DNA of 42,551 nt from IMG/VR virus record IMGVR_UViG_3300029997_000111, positions 1 to 42,551 of that record; one strand, given 5' to 3'. Source of the DNA: a virus. Lineage: Duplodnaviria; Caudoviricetes. The notes beneath the pieces were generated by a model, which saw only the letters and a list, made by a program, of their open reading frames with translations, made no database searches and was not told the DNA's origin. How positions within the stretch are numbered: the stretch's first letter is position 1; each line of letters starts with the position of its first letter. Of this stretch, positions 17,315-26,224 are shown one piece after another. The position numbers and the translations under genes were made by a program.

Positions 17315-19042
17315 CTACTGCATCATTGTCCAAGGCTGGAGACGTACTTGGCCGGCGCCTGCATATTCAATGAACCCAGCAGACTTCATGCCGCTCAATG
17401 TGTTATTGAAATAGCCTCCACGTGCTTCTACCGCACCAGATAGTTCCTCTCGACTGAGAGAGTCTGGATAGTCCTTTACCAGCCTATGCATGATGCGTTC
17501 TGGTAAGCCGGTTCCAGCTTGGCGCACTACAGCCTGAAAGAAGTCTTTTGCATTTGCGGGGCGTTCGCAGCGTGGGGCGCGTGCCGTACCGTCTGAAGTG
17601 AGTGCAACCATGCCCGATGATCGGTACTCAACCAAACCTTCAGTCTTCATCTTAGAAAGAGTGTTGTTGAAGAACCCACCCCGAGCCTCTGCCCATGCAC
17701 TTAGGACGTTGCGCGGAACCTCATGGCGGCCGATGGCGGCAAACTCAGCAAGGGAGCGCAGGATGCGGTTGGGGAGAGCGCCTTCCTTGCCTAGCGGCGC
17801 ATTGGAGGGTGCTGGAGCCTCGTATCTTGGCGTCTGAGAGATTGTGCGAGCGATGGCAGCTGAAGGGGCTACAGGGATATGCCGAATCGTCGGCAGCACC
17901 ACATCCTGCCCAGCGCGCGCATTGGCAATGCACGTATCCATGTCATCAAGGAAACGCAGGAACTTCTCAGCGCGGGTCTCTGCGACCGCAACGCGTTGCT
18001 CTAATTCGTCGACCCGGGCGGCCTTTTCCTCGAGTTCCTGTACGTGCTTCATCAATTCCATGTCGGGTTTGCCTCCCTTGGCAACTTCCTTTTCTAGTTC
18101 GGCGATACGCTTTTTTAGGAACTCCGGAGACTCCTCGCGTGTGCGTTGAACACTGGCGGCAATCTCCTGCCCCAACTTCTCAATGTCTACCTTCGCCATC
18201 ACCTTAGGCTCAATCCGGCGCTCCCCAGGCTTAGGGGTGGCGCCCGAGTTGAACGTGTTGCGCTTGCGAACATCAACGCGCTCCCCAAGGTTGAGAGGCG
18301 CAGAACAGAAAAATGCCGTTCCTACTGGAAGCCTAGGAAGTTCTGCCTCAACTACTTTGGCGAAAGGGATGTCGACTTCGCTCTTTATCCAATCCGTGGC
18401 CGCTTTGATATCTAGCGGGTGGCTCATTCGGAGCACGGTAAGAATATCGACTTGGGACAGCACGTCTTTGTTCATGCTCGCCGGCCGCTGGGTGATCATC
18501 GTGAACCCGATGCCGCGGATGCCGCCCTGCTTGACCAGGCGCGAGACGGTCCCAAGACACTTGTTTTGAAGTAGTCCCAGGGGCTTCTGTGGCGCAAACG
18601 TGTCGGCTTCATCCATGAATAGGTGAACCGCCGTGCGATTCAACCGCAGCATCTCCGAAGAGAAGTCCATCACGAATTGAATCTGCTCCTCGGTGTGCAA
18701 GTTGCTGACGTCGAAGATTGCGGAGAATCCCTGCTCAATGAAGGCTCTTGCCATAGCTTTGCCTGCGCGTGGATCCAGCGGCGCATCTGAGTGATCTCCC
18801 CCAAATACGACAATGGGATATCCCTCACCCTCACCATTCGCAGAGGATCGCAATCCCCACCATGCTGCGGTGGGGTCGAAAACGCCAATCTGCTGCCCAG
18901 CTTTGAGAAGTTCCTCAGCTTCTACGCTGGCGGTATAGCTCTTGCCACTACGTTTCCGCGCGAGGATAGCTTGGGTCGACGTTACGAGGTCCACCGCAAG
19001 CTTGAACAGGTGCCCGTCGCTCTTCTTACCGATATTCAGCAT
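17315..19042 (-). CDS. HerA/DUF87-like P-loop ATPase with coiled coil and two C-terminal winged-helix-like repeats
   Basis: Walker A ARKRSGKS, VFDPT, Walker B FMDEAD and ITQRPA motifs. Duplicated EARGG(F/Y)FNNTLSxMKxxG(L/F)(V/I)EY. TAATG coupling to YqaJ. Confidence 0.8.
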   Translation of the reverse strand: MLNIGKKSDGHLFKLAVDLVTSTQAILARKRSGKSYTASVEAEELLKAGQQIGVFDPTAAWWGLRSSANGEGEGYPIVVFGGDHSDAPLDPRAGKAMARAFIEQGFSAIFDVSNLHTEEQIQFVMDFSSEMLRLNRTAVHLFMDEADTFAPQKPLGLLQNKCLGTVSRLVKQGGIRGIGFTMITQRPASMNKDVLSQVDILTVLRMSHPLDIKAATDWIKSEVDIPFAKVVEAELPRLPVGTAFFCSAPLNLGERVDVRKRNTFNSGATPKPGERRIEPKVMAKVDIEKLGQEIAASVQRTREESPEFLKKRIAELEKEVAKGGKPDMELMKHVQELEEKAARVDELEQRVAVAETRAEKFLRFLDDMDTCIANARAGQDVVLPTIRHIPVAPSAAIARTISQTPRYEAPAPSNAPLGKEGALPNRILRSLAEFAAIGRHEVPRNVLSAWAEARGGFFNNTLSKMKTEGLVEYRSSGMVALTSDGTARAPRCERPANAKDFFQAVVRQAGTGLPERIMHRLVKDYPDSLSREELSGAVEARGGYFNNTLSGMKSAGFIEYAGAGQVRLQPWTMMQ

Positions 19043-19767
19043 TACCCTCTCCAATTTGGATCGCAGGCTCGTATGTCGTCGTCGGTGATTCCCAGTTCTG
19101 GGTCTATCTCTTGAGGCTTTGGCTTGGGTGCGAAAAGATCAGGATTCAACTTTTCCAGCTTCATTAGCAATTCCAAAACTTCGCCAAGGAAGACATTCAC
19201 ACCGGCCTCAATCTCTGCGATGCGCTTCTCATCTCTAGGTAATCGTGCAATGAATAGTTGGTGGCGTAGTGGCAGCCGGTCGTCAAAAGACGTGAAGTCG
19301 CACCACTCGCGCTCTGAGCACACTATCTCCGCGTAGCACTGATCCCGATGCTCTTCTGGAACCACACCGTCTAGCATCCATTGGATATGCTTTTGGGTCG
19401 TGGGGCATTTTCCCTCCCAGACGCCATCCTCGCTAATCAATCCGTCCGGCGAAGCCATGAACCTAGTGATGGTGGGGTGCACCGCAATTCCTACTTGCTC
19501 CACAGAATTACCCGTTTTGACTTCGTAGGCAGCGCGCGCATACTTCTCAGTGACGATGCCGTGTTCCATCGCTGGGGTTACGTAATGTTCCACCGCAAAG
19601 CCGGTAAGTATCTCGCTAACCGTGTCGATCAGGTATTTCTTTCGCTTTTCAGACGGCTGCCCATTCTTTAGGAAGTCCATCACATCCTTGATGCGGGATC
19701 CAGTGCACTGGCCAACCCGCATCTCCAGCCACTCAGCTGTACCCTGCTGCACATTTATCAGACTCAT
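19042..19767 (-). CDS. YqaJ/lambda-exonuclease family recombination nuclease
   Basis: QGT.EWLE.R.G..TGS, AME.G...E..AR, ASPDGL and E.KCP motifs. Confidence 0.9.
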   Translation of the reverse strand: MSLINVQQGTAEWLEMRVGQCTGSRIKDVMDFLKNGQPSEKRKKYLIDTVSEILTGFAVEHYVTPAMEHGIVTEKYARAAYEVKTGNSVEQVGIAVHPTITRFMASPDGLISEDGVWEGKCPTTQKHIQWMLDGVVPEEHRDQCYAEIVCSEREWCDFTSFDDRLPLRHQLFIARLPRDEKRIAEIEAGVNVFLGEVLELLMKLEKLNPDLFAPKPKPQEIDPELGITDDDIRACDPNWRG

Positions 19768-20507
19768 GAAAGTTCTGCCTTTCGCTTGTCTTTGATTTCA
19801 AGGAAACTTGCCATCGCATGCTTGTCCCCCATTGCTTGAGCCTTTTTATAGGCTTCGATGTAGACGCGCTGTAGAGATGCAAGAGTATCTGCGTTTTCTA
19901 TGGCATCGCGATACTCAAGGTACTCCATCTCCACAAGCCCTGGACCGCTTGGTGTATTGCCGTCCGTATCATCCTCGCCCACTGCTACATTGAAAATCAT
20001 CTTTAGCAGATAGCGCATGCCGTAAGAAGTTGCCGCGCCAGAGGCATGCGTCTTGGTCATGACATCGCCACCTTTAGCGCCTTTACCATCGTTCGGCATG
20101 TCTTTTTGGTACATCTTGCTATAGCCACCGTGGGTGACTTCGCAGAGCACGCGTTCATGATCTGGAAGTGGGCAGTCGGCCGTGTTGAAGGAAAGGGCAA
20201 ATCCTTCTTTGGAATAAATTGGCCGCAAAGCTCTATCCAATTTGGCGTAGGATGCATACTTGCTCTTTGTCTGCGGATTGTTCATGTCTGCCCGAATAGG
20301 TGTCATTGCCGACTGCGCCCTTTGCATGGCATCGTTGAACTCAATCTTGTCCTGGTACACCATCATCTCCCGTTGTTGGGCGAGGATGCGGTCTACCACC
20401 TCAAGTGCCGCGCCATGTTCGATGGCGACCATGAAAGCGCGGCTAAGCATCTCCATGGGCGTGATAGCCGTCTCGCGTGGTGGAGATACTTCCAGTTCAG
20501 TGCTCAC
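19764..20507 (-). CDS. erf: ERF-family single-strand annealing protein
   Basis: N...KSKYA, GAATSYGMRY and EDDTDGN motifs. Adjacent to YqaJ; GTG start overlapping the upstream stop. Confidence 0.85.
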   Translation of the reverse strand: MSTELEVSPPRETAITPMEMLSRAFMVAIEHGAALEVVDRILAQQREMMVYQDKIEFNDAMQRAQSAMTPIRADMNNPQTKSKYASYAKLDRALRPIYSKEGFALSFNTADCPLPDHERVLCEVTHGGYSKMYQKDMPNDGKGAKGGDVMTKTHASGAATSYGMRYLLKMIFNVAVGEDDTDGNTPSGPGLVEMEYLEYRDAIENADTLASLQRVYIEAYKKAQAMGDKHAMASFLEIKDKRKAELS

Positions 20508-20668
20508 TTTGACTCCTTCGGAAAGCACCGCGCACGAACCTCAGCGGCGATGGTTGGCAACTTAGTTTCGGACAGCGCTTTCTTCTCTGCAACAGAGAAG
20601 CGCGCAAAGACTACCTCGGTAAGCTGAGACTTTGGTCGGCCGACCTTCTTTTTCTTAGCGGTAGTCAT
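20504..20668 (-). CDS. 54-aa basic DNA-binding-like protein (AT-hook/RHH-like)
   Basis: MTTAKKKKVGRPKSQLTEVVFARFSVAEKKAL...; GTGA coupling to ERF; absent from the ORF track. Confidence 0.55.
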   Translation of the reverse strand: MTTAKKKKVGRPKSQLTEVVFARFSVAEKKALSETKLPTIAAEVRARCFPKESK

Positions 20669-20810
20669 CGCGTCCCTTCTTCATGGGCACCTGGTAGCGG
20701 TTGTTTTCCAGTTTTTCGTGCACGATTGAGGCAATAACCACTGCCACGCAAAAGTGCACGAATATTGCCGCCGCCGGGTTGCCATGCCAAAACATCCAAT
20801 AATATTTCAC
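20655..20810 (-). CDS. 51-aa membrane micro-protein
   Basis: AGGAGG SD, GTG start, hydrophobic AAAIFVHFCVAVVIASIV. Confidence 0.45.
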   Translation of the reverse strand: MKYYWMFWHGNPAAAIFVHFCVAVVIASIVHEKLENNRYQVPMKKGRDDYR

Positions 20811-20820
20811 TCGAACCCTC

Positions 20821-21072
20821 CTAGATCAATTTCGCAACTTCTTCAATCCCATCGAGCTTGGCCTCAAACTCTGTCTTGCGAAGATCAATGGTCTCCAACT
20901 CCGGTGCGTTCTCATACCAGTGCTTTTGGATACTAGCGTAGGTCTCGACTACATCCTTGACCTCTTCGCGGGCGCGCTCTTGGCCGATCCGCACACCGTT
21001 GATCCAGATAACCCGGCCCGATATTGCAGCACCAGCGGTGAAGCCTACGGTGATGAGGATTGTCCCGATCAT
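20821..21072 (-). CDS. Small N-terminal-TM protein
   Basis: MIGTILITVGFTAGAAISG...; ATGA overlap. Confidence 0.55.
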   Translation of the reverse strand: MIGTILITVGFTAGAAISGRVIWINGVRIGQERAREEVKDVVETYASIQKHWYENAPELETIDLRKTEFEAKLDGIEEVAKLI

Positions 21073-21401
21073 GCAAGCTTCTCCGCAGCGCACTGCGTGT
21101 TCCACAGCTCGCCGTCAATGACAACCACGCTATCCTTTGTGCGCCACTCCCATACGCCGGTGTGCTCCAGGTCGAGCTCATCTTCGCCGCAACCGCAAGT
21201 GATCAGTGGTGCGCCGCCGATGATGTGCTCTTCGCACACGATCAGCTCGCCGAGGGGAGTATCGACCGTGGCAAAGGTATCCTCGTCCAGGTCGATGTGC
21301 CGGTGACCGCATTTGTTGGCATAGAGGCACGGTTTAGATAGGTCGCTGGGGCTGTACTCTGCGGGGGTTTCGCGGGTCTCGGAGTGGAGTTGGTGTCTCA
21401 C
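21069..21401 (-). CDS. Acidic Cys-containing hypothetical protein
   Basis: Overlaps both neighbours. Confidence 0.55.
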   Translation of the reverse strand: MRHQLHSETRETPAEYSPSDLSKPCLYANKCGHRHIDLDEDTFATVDTPLGELIVCEEHIIGGAPLITCGCGEDELDLEHTGVWEWRTKDSVVVIDGELWNTQCAAEKLA

Positions 21402-21760
21402 AGTTCACCTACCTTCTCAAGGATTGCGCGGATGCGCGTGACGTGCTCTCCCATCCATAGAACCCGAGAATCTTCCGCGCCATCGTAGCGATTGTCCAAC
21501 TCGTCAAAAATTTCTTTTAGCGCACTTATCATTTCAGGGATGGGCGATTGATCTTCGGGACTCGCCTGCCACCTGAAGGATTCTGAAGAAAACTCCATAC
21601 GGCTATGCGTGCGATATTCCTCAGACATGCTTGGGTCAAAGTGATCGAAGTGGATAATGTCACCGTCGATCGCCACAACCCTAAAACACAACGGAGCGCG
21701 ACCCTTTACCGGGTATTCGCCACCTACTCGAATCGGCCATGCTGCAGTTTCAGTTGCCAT
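21398..21760 (-). CDS. Hypothetical protein
   Basis: GGAGG SD. Confidence 0.6.
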   Translation of the reverse strand: MATETAAWPIRVGGEYPVKGRAPLCFRVVAIDGDIIHFDHFDPSMSEEYRTHSRMEFSSESFRWQASPEDQSPIPEMISALKEIFDELDNRYDGAEDSRVLWMGEHVTRIRAILEKVGEL

Positions 21761-21942
21761 AAATCCTCCCTAGTTTGTTGCTGGAATCGGTTCGAGCCTT
21801 ACAGGATGCGCCCAAACCAGTCTGCCGTCGCTGTCATGCCGAACGAGTACATCTCCAAACACTGCATCGATCCGACCTGTCACTACGATGCAATCGAACT
21901 TGCTGCCGTTTGGTGCGGTATAGCGCATTGGCATATTTGGGA

Positions 21943-22104
21943 TCATGCCGCCATCGTCCAGCGTGTAACGATTTTCAGGCGGCGCTGCATCCTACGAGTA
22001 ATCGCCCTGTATTTCGCACGCGGTTGGCGCTTTGCCTCAATAAGTGCAATCTTCGGCTTGTGCGGCTGAAAGACGTAAGGCGAAGCTACATTCGGACTTG
22101 CCAT
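21943..22104 (-). CDS. Small Arg-rich protein
   Basis: AGGAG SD; KRQPRAKYRAITRRMQRRLK. Confidence 0.45.
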   Translation of the reverse strand: MASPNVASPYVFQPHKPKIALIEAKRQPRAKYRAITRRMQRRLKIVTRWTMAA

Positions 22105-22254
22105 CACAACTCCTTCAAGGTTCCGTATCGCTGACATGTTGGCTTTGTGCATCTCGAGGGCTTACCATCTCTCCCCGCTACCCTCTCCCCACATGCTGTG
22201 CATTGATAAGCAACCCATGGGCGGAGAGGAACCTTTGGCGCAAGCCTAAGCTGC

Positions 22255-22392
22255 TTACCAGGAGAAGTTCGCATAGCCAGAGAAGATCGGGCCAAGGCTG
22301 TAATCCAGAATGCCAGAGACGACCGCAAGCACTACGCCGCAGATCATGATGATGGGGAAATTGTCGTTGTAGAAGTTCCGAAGGTTGGTCAT
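22255..22392 (-). CDS. 45-aa membrane micro-protein, first gene of the leftward arm
   Basis: MTNLRNFYNDNFPIIMICGVVLAVVSGILDYSLGPIFSGYANFSW; GAGGG SD; lies just downstream of the leftward promoter. Confidence 0.5.
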   Translation of the reverse strand: MTNLRNFYNDNFPIIMICGVVLAVVSGILDYSLGPIFSGYANFSW

Positions 22393-22431
22393 TTGTTGGG
22401 CCCTCACGCCCGCTGTTTCGATGTTGAAGCT

Positions 22432-22573
22432 ACTCTAATCCTTTCGCTTGCAAAAATGCAAGAGAAATTATCAACTATTTTCGTGCTATGTTGAACACGT
22501 CCCCTAGCGGCGCCTCACACGCGGCTGGGGGCTTACTATTTCACTTGCTAAATGGGTGGGTATGGTGCATAGT
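22432..22573. promoter_or_regulatory. Divergent sigma70-type promoter region
   Basis: Leftward TTGCAT-18-TAGAGT (22461-22432) overlaps the palindrome CTTGCA-N4-TGCAAG (22447-22462). Rightward TTGCTA-17-CATAGT (22545-22573). AT-rich; gene orientation switches here. Confidence 0.6.
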
Positions 22574-22597
22574 TAGGCATCCTGTGAGGAGGACTGC

Positions 22598-22822
22598 ATG
22601 ACCTGCTCTGATTTACTCATACGCGTTATAGAGGCTGGACCGCAAGGTTTACGCCGCGACCTAATATCCGACCTTCCAACCCTCGAATACCTTCAGAATC
22701 TAAAACTTGTGACTGATACCTGCATTCCGTACTGGGCTGGGCCTCGCATATTTGTGCGCGCAGAGAGAACCGGCCATTATGGCGTTATTGAGAATATTTC
22801 ATCTTGGAGGAGTTGTCGGTGA
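22598..22822 (+). CDS. Hypothetical protein, first rightward gene
   Basis: AGGAGG SD. Confidence 0.5.
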   Translation: MTCSDLLIRVIEAGPQGLRRDLISDLPTLEYLQNLKLVTDTCIPYWAGPRIFVRAERTGHYGVIENISSWRSCR

Positions 22823-23178
22823 GCGGCGTAAAAGTCTACCGAGATGGGCGGGAATGTTGCCAAGATAACGCTGCTGGCCGCAGAGAGTACAAAGCGCGCA
22901 TAGCCCTCATGTGGGAGCGTCAGCTAGGCTTATGCGCTATTTGCAGACGTGCAATAGCTCTTGAGGAAGCCACGTACGAGCACGCAATCCCTAGGGGACA
23001 TGGTGGCGGAAACCGCAATGATGCCTGCAATTTTCCCGATGGGCGCTGGCGGAATGCAGCAACGTGCTGGAAATGCAACTCAGCCAAGGGTTCAAAGCGG
23101 TATGAGTGGGTGGACAGCTGCTTCGTGCCCATCGGATCAAAGATTGTGTTTGGAAACGAGGATCAACCATGGCTGTAG
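22819..23178 (+). CDS. HNH endonuclease-like protein
   Basis: CAIC...EH..P.G.GG...C..CN..KG motif; GTGA overlap. Confidence 0.75.
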   Translation: MSGVKVYRDGRECCQDNAAGRREYKARIALMWERQLGLCAICRRAIALEEATYEHAIPRGHGGGNRNDACNFPDGRWRNAATCWKCNSAKGSKRYEWVDSCFVPIGSKIVFGNEDQPWL

Positions 23179-23462
23179 ACCTGTTTATCCCACCTGCTGG
23201 TGCAATGCAGTTTGAGCTAATCCCGAACGGCATCGACGATTCACCGAGAGCCGCGCTCCAGTGGGCGGATAAAGAGTGTGATGTTATCTGGGTGCACATG
23301 CCGCCTCTATCGAATCCTCGGTGCAGTTGCCCGGTCGCTTACAGTGTGGTGCTTGAGTCGCTTCCATCCCGCATGAGAGCTATTGCGGAGATGAAGATGC
23401 GCGCGTGCAGCAATGCTTCGCGAATCCTGGTCTGCAATTGTATGGGCCGACTGATTGAATAA
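23169..23462 (+). CDS. Hypothetical protein
   Basis: GAGG SD before ATG 23169. Confidence 0.5.
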   Translation: MAVDLFIPPAGAMQFELIPNGIDDSPRAALQWADKECDVIWVHMPPLSNPRCSCPVAYSVVLESLPSRMRAIAEMKMRACSNASRILVCNCMGRLIE

Positions 23463-23590
23463 TTCTCTTGCTCTCTAAGGCAACCACGTGCAATAGTGGT
23501 GCATCGTCCGCCAAGGTCGATTACTGCGTAGCGGCTGGGAGAACTCGAAGGCTCCCGGCCCTCGCTTGCTCTACTTCGAGAGAGGAAGAT

Positions 23591-23911
23591 ATGCCTAAGC
23601 CCCGCAAGAGTCCAGAGGACGTGTGCATTGAGTACGCCATAGCCGCAGAAGCTGTGCGGGAACAAACTCGCATTATCCGAGCAAATCGCTGTACTGTTGC
23701 TGACCGACCATCCGAGCGCAGTTATACCGAAGGGTCAATGACGCCCTGCTTTGACGACGAGGGGCTAGACCGGGATGAATGGTGCGAGGCCTGTAAGGTG
23801 CGCGAGATAGCCGTAGCAGCCCGCAAGCCAGCCCGCCAGCGCATCAAGACCGCCAAGCGCAGCATAGAGGCCGTGGGGAAGCGCCTGAACGCGGAGGTGA
23901 GCCATGTCTAA
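23591..23911 (+). CDS. Hypothetical protein
   Basis: GAGG SD before ATG 23591. Confidence 0.55.
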   Translation: MPKPRKSPEDVCIEYAIAAEAVREQTRIIRANRCTVADRPSERSYTEGSMTPCFDDEGLDRDEWCEACKVREIAVAARKPARQRIKTAKRSIEAVGKRLNAEVSHV

Positions 23912-24158
23912 GCACATCCCTTGCGTCTTCCGCCCCATTCCCGCAGGACCAAAGAAGGATACCGGCATCTGGATCGTCAAGAATGGCTCACAGAGCATCG
24001 TCCTCGGCACGGTGAAGTGGTGGGCGCATTGGAGGCGCTACTGCTTCTTTCCTGAGGCAGACATGCTCTTTGACGCCAACTGTTTGTGGGATATTGCGGA
24101 TTTCTGTGCACGCACGACCACTCAGCACAAGGAAGCTCGGGAGGCTCGCAATGTCTGA
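23904..24158 (+). CDS. Hypothetical phage protein (Trp-rich W..WRRY.F.P motif)
   Basis: GGAGG SD; overlaps its neighbours. Confidence 0.6.
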   Translation: MSKHIPCVFRPIPAGPKKDTGIWIVKNGSQSIVLGTVKWWAHWRRYCFFPEADMLFDANCLWDIADFCARTTTQHKEAREARNV

Positions 24159-24513
24159 AACTGCCTATTACCCCACAAAGCGAGAGTGGGTAGAAGCATA
24201 CCTCGCATGGAAAACTGCACACCCACACCTTGCCACGGAAGCGATGAAGCCCTTCCGGTCCAAACTGGTGCGCGGATGCAGGCGGAAGGCTTGGCACCCC
24301 TCCTACGCTGCGGCTATGGCCATTGTGGAGAAGCTTGAGTGCCGGCCTGGGCGTGTTGTGCATGCCTACCGATGCGATTTATGTGGAAATTTCCACGTTG
24401 GTAACACTTCAGCTGCGCTAATGGGTAAGAAGGATCTGAAGTGTGCAGCCTGTCATCTAGGTTTCTGCCAGCACTGCACTGGGTGTGCGTGCACGAAGAA
24501 TGTTCACGAATAA
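24151..24513 (+). CDS. Zinc-finger-like hypothetical protein
   Basis: C..K..H.S...A...YRC..C..FHV motif plus a C-terminal Cys cluster; GGAGG SD. Confidence 0.6.
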   Translation: MSETAYYPTKREWVEAYLAWKTAHPHLATEAMKPFRSKLVRGCRRKAWHPSYAAAMAIVEKLECRPGRVVHAYRCDLCGNFHVGNTSAALMGKKDLKCAACHLGFCQHCTGCACTKNVHE

Positions 24514-24520
24514 ATTTCAC

Positions 24521-24549
24521 TTGTAACGCAGCTACTTTTGCAGTAAGGT
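24521..24549 (+). promoter_or_regulatory. Sigma70-like promoter of the replication operon (probably leaderless mRNA)
   Basis: TTGTAA-17-TAAGGT with ATG at 24556. Shares ATTTCACTTG with the promoter at 22545. Confidence 0.55.
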
Positions 24550-24555
24550 GTGCAG

Positions 24556-24780
24556 ATGCAAATTACATCATTCGTCCCGCTGCCCCCACGCGCCGGCCGT
24601 CCGCCCAAATACGATTGGGAGTCGATGGGTGTGGGGGATTCATTCTTTCGGGAGGGCATCAGCGTCAATTCGATGTCATCTTGTGCAAACAGAGCAGGTA
24701 ACCGTCTCGGTATGACATTCACATGCCGCACCGTTTGCGAGGGCGGCGCTGAGGGCGTTCGAGTGTGGAGAGAGTCCTAG
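24556..24780 (+). CDS. Small DNA-binding-like protein (GRP.KY.W..M.VGDSF...GVRVWR type)
   Basis: Common small phage protein motif; directly upstream of the initiator. Confidence 0.6.
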   Translation: MQITSFVPLPPRAGRPPKYDWESMGVGDSFFREGISVNSMSSCANRAGNRLGMTFTCRTVCEGGAEGVRVWRES

Positions 24781-24783
24781 ATC

Positions 24784-25803
24784 ATGGCAGAACGCCTTGC
24801 ACCTCTTGATTACTACAAATGGCACTGGAAACGCTTTAGGCTTAGCCGAAACGTCCAAAGACTTCATTACGTAGCCCGCGGCTTCTATCGCGAGCTTCTA
24901 GATGAGCAATTCGCTGAAGGTTTCATCCCAGATGATATACACCTGTTGGCAGATATTTGTGGGTGTCCGGTTGCTGTGATGCAAGAGCATTGGGACTCAC
25001 TAGAGAAGTTCTTCCCTTTGGCAGAGCCCGGGCAGCGGGTCAATCCCAATCAAGAATCACACAGGACTGAACTTGATCAAAAGCGTGCCGCACAGTCAAG
25101 GGCAGGGCAACTTTCAGCCGCATCAAAGGCGAAGGCTAAATCAACAAACGTTGAAGGTTATTCAACGAACGTTGAACCCAATTCAACGGATGTTAGTGAA
25201 TCTCCAACATCAACTAACAACTGTTCAACACTGGATGAAGAATTTCCAACAGATGTTCAACCAGAAGAGAAGAGAAGAGATAGAGAGAAGAGTAGAGGAG
25301 AGAAGAGACCTTCTCGCTCCAAAGTCGCGAGCGTTCCTGATCCACGGCACACACCATTCCGGACCGCTTTTGAGAAGTACTTCCTGTTTATGAATAAGGG
25401 GGTTCAAAAGGCTCCATGGCACCCTTCTGACGGGAAACAACTATCAGAATTCCTAAAAGCAAATCCCACGTTCACCACAGAGCAGTGGGTGAAGATGCTG
25501 AATAATCGCGTGCGCAGCGACGTAACGCATGGAGAAAACCTGCGCGCATGGGTGGGTAGAACCCTAGTTTGGGCTTCTGGACCCACAGATGCACGAGGAA
25601 AGCAAATAAATGGAGGAAACAATGCCCGACCAGCCACTACAGCCATTGACAGCGCTAACGATCAACTCCTCAGCAACCTACGATCAGAAAGTATGGATTC
25701 TGGAGGCCATTTCTCTGGCCGAACGATTGAAGCCAGGGACGCCGGTGTTGGATCTGAAGGCGCGGGAAGCGCTGGTGAACTTGTACTGCGCGCTGCTGAT
25801 TGA
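24784..25803 (+). CDS. Phage replication initiator (DUF1376/YdaU-like N-terminus)
   Basis: YYKW....F...RG.YR.LLD.Q...G.IPDD...LA.I N-terminal domain, central iteron-coding linker, and position before a P-like gene. Confidence 0.75.
   Translation: MAERLAPLDYYKWHWKRFRLSRNVQRLHYVARGFYRELLDEQFAEGFIPDDIHLLADICGCPVAVMQEHWDSLEKFFPLAEPGQRVNPNQESHRTELDQKRAAQSRAGQLSAASKAKAKSTNVEGYSTNVEPNSTDVSESPTSTNNCSTLDEEFPTDVQPEEKRRDREKSRGEKRPSRSKVASVPDPRHTPFRTAFEKYFLFMNKGVQKAPWHPSDGKQLSEFLKANPTFTTEQWVKMLNNRVRSDVTHGENLRAWVGRTLVWASGPTDARGKQINGGNNARPATTAIDSANDQLLSNLRSESMDSGGHFSGRTIEARDAGVGSEGAGSAGELVLRAAD
25141..25308. repeat. Putative replication origin: palindromic iterons plus purine tract
   Basis: TCAAC-N4-GTT(GAA) copies start at 25141, 25162 and 25183 (21-bp period), with a further copy near 25246. 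A near-pure A/G tract follows at 25263-25308. Confidence 0.65.
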
Positions 25804-26224
25804 GATTGGGCAAGAGCGCTTTGAGGAAGCGTTTCAGCGCGTGCTGAACTCCTCAAAGTTCCGCCCAGACATCTCAGAGCTGCGAGAAGCGGCCGGCGCG
25901 CCAATGCAGAACCCGTACCATGTGCAAGCGCTTGAGGACCTAAAGACATTGTTCATCATCATGCGGGAGCACGGAAAGACGATCAGGCCCACGCGCCAGA
26001 AGGACGGGAGCACGCTAACCCCGCCGCGCTTGAATGAAACAACCGTGCTAACGTGCAGAGAGTTGGGGTTTGGCGACGCTTACGCAGGGTTTGAGTTCGT
26101 GTACAACCATCCGGCTTTGGACATCGCGCGAGGGCTGAATGAGACCGCAGAGCTACCTTTTCGGTCCGCAGAGAAGATCGAAGCCAAGTTTGTGCAGACA
26201 TGGGTGAAGGTGAACACCAAGTGA
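25622..26224 (+). CDS. Putative helicase loader/inhibitor (lambda P/G39P-like position)
   Basis: GGAGG SD; SKFRPDISELR motif; overlaps the 3' end of the initiator. Confidence 0.5.
   Translation: MPDQPLQPLTALTINSSATYDQKVWILEAISLAERLKPGTPVLDLKAREALVNLYCALLIEIGQERFEEAFQRVLNSSKFRPDISELREAAGAPMQNPYHVQALEDLKTLFIIMREHGKTIRPTRQKDGSTLTPPRLNETTVLTCRELGFGDAYAGFEFVYNHPALDIARGLNETAELPFRSAEKIEAKFVQTWVKVNTK

Noticed and set aside
20715-20762. TTCGTGCAC...GTGCACGAA inverted repeat as an operator
   Set aside because: Falls inside a plausible 51-aa ORF where both halves encode Val-His, and there is no convincing promoter spacing.
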